In this document: piece by piece, positions 59,423 through 64,000 of the stretch
Layout of the letters: each line of letters opens with the position of its first letter
Numbering within the stretch: the stretch's first letter is position 1
Assembly (NCBI GenBank): GCA_022825885.1
Contig: JAJDVY010000033.1
Span: forward strand, 10,067-74,066
Source of the DNA: Nitrospirales bacterium
Lineage (GTDB): Bacteria; Nitrospirota; Nitrospiria; Nitrospirales; UBA8639
Length of the DNA: 64,000 nt
Direction of reading: 5' to 3'
Translations under genes and position numbers: made by a program
Notes under the pieces: model-generated
The model's database searches: none
Told to the model about the DNA's origin: nothing
The model's input: only the letters and a program-made list of their open reading frames with translations

Positions 59423-60825
59423 TGCCTTCCCCTCGACATATTGCCATTCTCGGTGCGGGTCCCGGCGGCTACGTGGCGGCGATTCGCGCGGCCCAACTCG
59501 GGGCCAAGGTGACGGTCATCGAGAACCGGTCCCTGGGCGGCGTGTGCCTGCATTGGGGCTGCATCCCGAGCAAGGCGTTGCTGTCGGTCGTCGAATTGGG
59601 CGAAAAACTGAAAAAGGCGCATGAACTCGGCCTGCAACTCTCACAGCCTCCGGCGTATATCCCGTCACAAATGGTGGAGAGAAAAAACCGGGTCGTGGGC
59701 GGACTGGTCAAGGGCATTGCCACCCTGCTGAAACAATGGGGAGTGTCGCACGTCCAGGGGACGGGGCGATTGGTGAATGACCGGACCATGCGGGTGTCTT
59801 GCGCCGATGGTACCGAAACGTCCATTCAGGCGGATGGAATCGTCATCGCGACGGGTTCATCAGCGCCGGCGCTCCCGATGTTTCCCGTTGACGGGTATGA
59901 CGTCATGACGAGCCGGGAAGCCTTGGAGATTCCGCGAGTGCCTGATCGGTTGCTCATCATCGGCGGGGGAGTCGAAGGGTGTGAATTCGCTTCCCTGTAC
60001 GCCGGGTTGGGGTCACACGTGACGGTGGTGGAAATGATGTCCCGGTTGTTGCCGCTGGAAGACAAAGAGATTTCAGCGTTCATCGAACGCGAATTGAAGA
60101 AACGTAAAGTCCGGATCATGGCCGGACACTCGGTGAAGTCCATCGAAAAAACGGATGCGGGAATAAGCACGGAGTTGACCGGCGGCGAACGACTGGATTG
60201 TGACTCGATTCTGGTCTCGGTGGGCCGGCGCTGCAATACCAACGGAATCGGGTTGGAAGCGGTCGGTGTGAAACTGGGAGTGAAAGGGGAAATCGAAGTT
60301 GACGGTCGCATGGAGACGAACGTGCCGGGCGTGTATGCCATCGGTGACGTCGTAGGGAAGGCGATGCTGGCGCACGTCGCGTCGGCACAAGGTAAAGTTG
60401 CCGTGGACAACATCATGGGGAACGTGAAAACCATAAACTATGACGTGGTGCCGGCCGGCATCTTTACGCTACCGGAAATTGGGCGAGTCGGCTTGACCGA
60501 AGGGCAAATTCGTGAACGAGGCATTGACCCCAAAATCGGACGCTTTCGGTATAATGCCCTGGGCAAAGCCCAGGCCGTCGGCGACACGGTGGGGTTGGTG
60601 AAGATTCTGGCCGACCCGCAAACGGACCGCGTACTGGGGGCGCATTTGGTGGGAAGCCATGCGGCGGATTTGGTTCATGAAGCGGCGTTGGCCATGCAGT
60701 TCAATGCTAAGGCCCGGGACGTGGCCGATATGATTCATGCCCATCCCACTCACGCCGAAGCCCTGATGGAGGCCTTCGAAGACGTCGACGGCATGGCAAT
60801 TCACCTGGCCAGGAAGCGATCCTGA
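59422..60825 (+). CDS. lpdA: Dihydrolipoyl dehydrogenase
   Basis: ILGAGPGGYVAAIRAAQLG, the redox-active GGVCLHWGCIPSK, and the C-terminal HAHPT.E. It overlaps gcvH at TAATG. Confidence 0.93.
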   Translation: MPSPRHIAILGAGPGGYVAAIRAAQLGAKVTVIENRSLGGVCLHWGCIPSKALLSVVELGEKLKKAHELGLQLSQPPAYIPSQMVERKNRVVGGLVKGIATLLKQWGVSHVQGTGRLVNDRTMRVSCADGTETSIQADGIVIATGSSAPALPMFPVDGYDVMTSREALEIPRVPDRLLIIGGGVEGCEFASLYAGLGSHVTVVEMMSRLLPLEDKEISAFIERELKKRKVRIMAGHSVKSIEKTDAGISTELTGGERLDCDSILVSVGRRCNTNGIGLEAVGVKLGVKGEIEVDGRMETNVPGVYAIGDVVGKAMLAHVASAQGKVAVDNIMGNVKTINYDVVPAGIFTLPEIGRVGLTEGQIRERGIDPKIGRFRYNALGKAQAVGDTVGLVKILADPQTDRVLGAHLVGSHAADLVHEAALAMQFNAKARDVADMIHAHPTHAEALMEAFEDVDGMAIHLARKRS

Positions 60826-61253
60826 TGGAAAAGGGGTTGATCAAAACATATCCGACGGGATGCTCGTTCGGATTCAAACTCCTGCTGCTTGCCGGGACCG
60901 TGGGGGTTCTGTCTTTGACGGGTTTGCCGGAAAGTCCGTCCCGGTCCGTATCTTCCGATGCGTTGTCCATGCGGCAGGCCGATGCGTCATTGAACGGCGA
61001 ACCGAAATCGTCATCCGTGACGGTTGCCGACGTTGGTCGTGTCGACATTAATCGCGGTTCGGCGGATGACTTGCGACGTTTGCCGGGAATCGGACCGGTG
61101 CTGGCTGAGCGCGTCATCCGGCACCGCCGAGAGCATGGAAAATTCGGCTCCATTCATGATATTCAAAACGTGAAAGGCATTGGCGCAAAAAGGTTTGCGC
61201 GACTCGAGCCGTACATTCACGTTGATGATGACGCCCCTTCGTCCGGCGACTAA
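60825..61253 (+). CDS. comEA: ComEA-family helix-hairpin-helix DNA-binding protein
   Basis: ..VDINRGSADDLRRLPGIGPVLAERVIRHRREHGKFGSIHDIQNVKGIGAKRFARL.. It overlaps lpdA at TGATG. Confidence 0.85.
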   Translation: MEKGLIKTYPTGCSFGFKLLLLAGTVGVLSLTGLPESPSRSVSSDALSMRQADASLNGEPKSSSVTVADVGRVDINRGSADDLRRLPGIGPVLAERVIRHRREHGKFGSIHDIQNVKGIGAKRFARLEPYIHVDDDAPSSGD

Positions 61254-61280
61254 TCTCTTGTTGCAGGACACCGGAACCTG

Positions 61281-62519
61281 ATGTCAGATCGAGAATTGAA
61301 ACGGCAGCTTGACCTTGTGACGCGCGGCACCGTTGAGGTCATCCAACAGCGTGAGCTTGAGGACCGGCTCAGGCTATCACTCAAGGAGAGGAGGCCCTTG
61401 CGGGTGAAGGCCGGGTTCGATCCCACCGCGCCCGACCTGCACCTCGGCCATATCGTGTTGATCCAGAAACTGCGGCATTTTCAGGAATTGGGACACGAGG
61501 TGGTCTTTTTGATCGGGGATTTTACCGGGATGATCGGCGACCCAACCGGTGTTTCCGAAACGAGGAAGGCGTTGAGCAAGGAGCAGGTCCTGGCCAACGC
61601 CAAGACGTACGAGCGACAAATCTTCAAAACGCTGGATCCCGAGACAACGCGCGTAGAGTTCAACAGCCGCTGGATGCAGGATATGCGCGCCGAGGAGGTC
61701 ATCGAATTGTGCTCGCACTATAACTTGGCGCGCATGTTGGAGCGCGACGATTTTTCCAAGCGTTACCGGGAGCAAAAACCTATCGGCGTTCATGAATTTC
61801 TATATCCGCTGGTCCAGGGCTATGATTCCGTGGCTCTCAAAGCCGACGTCGAACTGGGCGGCACCGACCAGACGTTCAATTTGCTCGTCGGACGGGATCT
61901 CCAGCGCAATTGGGGCCAGGTCCCTCAAGTCGTTATTACGGTACCGTTATTGGAAGGGACGGACGGTGTGCGGAAGATGAGCAAAAGTTTCGGCAACGCC
62001 ATCGCCCTGGAAGACGAGCCGTCGGACATGTTCGGTAAGATCATGTCGATCAGCGATGACCTGATGCTCCGGTACTATGAGTTACTGACCTCCGATGATC
62101 TCGATGCGGTCAAACAACGCCATCCCAAGGAGGCGAAGCTGGACTTGGCGGAAACCATGGTGACCCGGTATCACGGCGAGGAGGCCGCACGACAAGCCAA
62201 GGAAGGCTTTGAGCAGAAGTTTCGGAAGCGGGAATTTCCCGAACAGCCCGACGTGACCGTCACGCTGGCTGCGGCGGACTTTTCAGATCCGGGAAACCCT
62301 TCGATCGGGTTGGTGGATCTTCTCATGCGAACGGGGTTGTTGCCCAGCAAGGCGGAAGCGCGCCGTTTGATCGCGCAAGGCGCCGTCACCATCAACCAGG
62401 AACGCTGGCAGGACGGCAATGCGGTTTTGCCTTTGCAGGCGAACGAGTCGTACCGGATAAAAATCGGCAAACGAAAATATGCGCTGGTGCGGGTACGGAT
62501 CGAGCCGGGAACGGACTGA
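61281..62519 (+). CDS. tyrS: Tyrosine--tRNA ligase
   Basis: The HIGH-type motif (DLHLGH), KMSKS, and a C-terminal S4-like domain. Confidence 0.93.
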   Translation: MSDRELKRQLDLVTRGTVEVIQQRELEDRLRLSLKERRPLRVKAGFDPTAPDLHLGHIVLIQKLRHFQELGHEVVFLIGDFTGMIGDPTGVSETRKALSKEQVLANAKTYERQIFKTLDPETTRVEFNSRWMQDMRAEEVIELCSHYNLARMLERDDFSKRYREQKPIGVHEFLYPLVQGYDSVALKADVELGGTDQTFNLLVGRDLQRNWGQVPQVVITVPLLEGTDGVRKMSKSFGNAIALEDEPSDMFGKIMSISDDLMLRYYELLTSDDLDAVKQRHPKEAKLDLAETMVTRYHGEEAARQAKEGFEQKFRKREFPEQPDVTVTLAAADFSDPGNPSIGLVDLLMRTGLLPSKAEARRLIAQGAVTINQERWQDGNAVLPLQANESYRIKIGKRKYALVRVRIEPGTD

Positions 62520-62589
62520 CGCCAAACGGGATGACTCACTTTTCGTTCTCCACTGCCGGGCGAGGGCCGGCAGTAAGGGGGGCGTTCGC

Positions 62590-62619
62590 TTGACTTGCAT
62601 TCCGCGCCCTGCCTAGAAT
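62590..62619 (+). promoter_or_regulatory. Candidate sigma70 promoter of tRNA-Gly
   Basis: TTGACT (62590-62595), an 18-nt spacer, then TAGAAT (62614-62619), about 22 nt upstream of the tRNA 5' end. Confidence 0.45.
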
Positions 62620-62641
62620 GAATTCCCTTCGACGACTGCGA

Positions 62642-62716
62642 GCGGGTGTAGCGCAGTGGTAGCGCATCGGCTTCCCAAGCCGTTGGTCGGGAGTTCGAAT
62701 CTCCTCACCCGCTCCA
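62642..62716 (+). tRNA. tRNA-Gly (anticodon CCC)
   Basis: Hand-folded. Acceptor GCGGGTG/CACCCGC, D-arm GCGC-AGTGGTA-GCGC, anticodon loop TTCCCAA, T-arm GGGAG-TTCGAAT-CTCCT, and an encoded CCA. Confidence 0.9.
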
Positions 62717-62778
62717 AATCTCACCGTGCTTTCTTCGACAATAATGAATACGAAAATAGCCAGCCACACTCAGAACTT

Positions 62779-62846
62779 GTCATTCTGAGACGAAGGCGAA
62801 GAATCTCTCGCTGAACGACCGAACGCCTGCAGTAGCAAATCCTTCG
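62779..62846. repeat. REP/MITE-like element, family A copy
   Basis: GTCATTCTGAGACGAAGGCGAAGAATCTCTC (62779-62809), with a partial inverted partner AAATCCTTCGC (62837-62846). It is homologous to 11848-11930. Confidence 0.65.
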
Positions 62847-62914
62847 CTTTTTCTTTCAAGAAAGCTGTGAAGAAGCCTCTTGCGGTATATCTCGCCTTGA
62901 GATATGCTGATCTC

Positions 62915-63202
62915 GTGCACATCATTTCGCGCAAAGCTCTTCAGGCGTTTTGGGTGCAGCATCCCGACAGTAAGGAGCCTCTGGGCCGCTGGTTCAAGAT
63001 TATGCGGCAAACGCGATTTCGCAGTTTTACGGCACTACGCCGTACGTTTCCTTCGGCTGATCAAGTCGGAGAGTATGTCGTGTTCAATATTGCCGGGAAC
63101 AAGTACCGTCTGATTGCATCCCTGCACTTCAATCGGGGAAAGGTGTATATTCGCCACGTCCTGACGCACCAAGCTTATGACCGCGGAGGATGGATGACAT
63201 GA
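62915..63202 (+). CDS. higB: HigB-family type II toxin (RelE-fold mRNA interferase)
   Basis: Start refined to GTG 62915. VHIISRKALQAFWVQHPDSKEPLGRWFKIMRQTRFRSFTALRRTFPSADQVGEYVVFNIAGNKYRLIASLHFNRGKVYIRHVLTHQAYD closely follows the HigB_toxin family pattern. Confidence 0.85.
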   Translation: MHIISRKALQAFWVQHPDSKEPLGRWFKIMRQTRFRSFTALRRTFPSADQVGEYVVFNIAGNKYRLIASLHFNRGKVYIRHVLTHQAYDRGGWMT

Positions 63203-63597
63203 ATGCCATAAGTCCACAGATTCAGCGATCCTGGACCCACGTGAGCGACTTGTTCAAGATTCGCAACGAACAGGACTATGATGCGGCAGTGGAGCACCTC
63301 AATACCCTCCTTGATGAGGTGGGCACCGATGAGCGGCATCCGCTCTATTCTCTGCTGGATACGCTTGGCACCGTGCTTCACGCCTGGGAAGAACAACATC
63401 ACGCGATGCCGGAATGCGGGGGAGCGGATGTGCTGCGATTCTTCATGGCGGAGCACAATCTGACCCAGTCGGACTTGCCAGAGGTCGGATCCCAAGGGGT
63501 CGTTTCGGAGATTCTGCGCGGCAAACGGGACCTGAATGTCAGGCAGATCCGCGCTTTGTCAAAGCGCTTCGGGGTCTCCCCTTCGGTCTTCGTATAG
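63190..63597 (+). CDS. higA: HigA-family antitoxin (HTH, XRE-type)
   Basis: It overlaps the higB stop. The C-terminal HTH is ..FFMAEHNLTQSDLPEVGSQGVVSEILRGKRDLNVRQIRALSKRFGVSPSVF. Confidence 0.85.
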   Translation: MDDMNAISPQIQRSWTHVSDLFKIRNEQDYDAAVEHLNTLLDEVGTDERHPLYSLLDTLGTVLHAWEEQHHAMPECGGADVLRFFMAEHNLTQSDLPEVGSQGVVSEILRGKRDLNVRQIRALSKRFGVSPSVFV

Positions 63598-64000
63598 GCC
63601 CACCCAACGGAAACATGCAGGGACGAGGTGCGCGATTCCATGCGGCAGTTTTCGTCCCCACCTAATGCACCCTTTACCTAAAAGAAAAAGGACTTTGACG
63701 ATCCCCTGGTCGAGACCGGAAAATTGCCGAACGCGGTGGGCTACAAGATCGAGGGGAGGTTTCTTGGTCTTCCTTCCGGGAAGGATGATGAGGACGGCGG
63801 TGTCCAGGGTGTTGGTCGGATTCGCTGAGGAATAAATCCAGTTCAGATAGACCTTATTCTATTGTCGCTCTTCTCCTTGAGCGCAAATAGACAGGCTCTG
63901 AGCCCTGATTCTCCTGAGCCCTCAATTGTTATAGAATAATCCTCCAATGCGTGCATGATTGCACTGGCAACATCCTCTGCATTCATCTCCGGTCGCCATT

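Noticed and set aside
63598-64000. Start-less open frames at 63598-63842 and a short minus-strand ORF (stop 63843-63845, ATG at 63986 or continuing beyond the window)
   Set aside because: No start codons, motifs or RBS were identified, and the ORF is too short or truncated to call. They are treated as possible gene remnants in the tRNA-Gly hotspot finding.
1-64000. CRISPR arrays and rRNA genes
   Set aside because: No regularly spaced direct repeats and no rRNA-like conserved segments were seen anywhere in the window. The only repeats are the palindromic REP-like families and the TA-flanking direct repeat.

Overview
This 64 kb bacterial chromosomal window is gene-dense and moderately GC-rich. 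It is mostly housekeeping and central-metabolism genes, with several small accessory insertions. Recognisable genes:
- Amino-acid and cofactor metabolism: proC, aroQ, putA, thiE, thiI, tenA, bioD, coaE, queC, apt.
- Carboxylases: accB-accC and a two-subunit pyruvate/2-oxoglutarate-type carboxylase.
- Heme: a hemW-like gene and hemE-hemY.
- Molybdate uptake: regulator, porin and modABC.
- Others: efp, trxB, ndk, gcvH-lpdA-comEA, tyrS, tRNA-Leu(UAA) and tRNA-Gly(CCC).

Accessory content:
- Three type II toxin-antitoxin modules: PIN/UPF0175, HicBA and HigBA.
- One IS110-family element with a strongly structured 5' non-coding region (bridge-RNA candidate).
- A frameshifted gene.
- At least three families of small palindromic REP/MITE-like repeats.
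- An extremely AT-rich 270 bp island.

The most interesting locus is an eight-gene, translationally coupled minus-strand operon (49885-55034). It combines two ubiquitin-like sulfur-carrier proteins, two E1-like adenylyltransferases, a cysteine synthase, a threonine-synthase-like PLP enzyme, a stand-alone NIL domain protein and one JAMM protease. Both carriers carry extra residues after the Gly-Gly. I read it as a dual protein-thiocarboxylate pathway for cysteine and probably homocysteine.

I saw no rRNA, CRISPR array or convincing riboswitch. The taxon cannot be determined from this window. All functional calls rest on motif recognition by eye and need HMM or BLAST confirmation.
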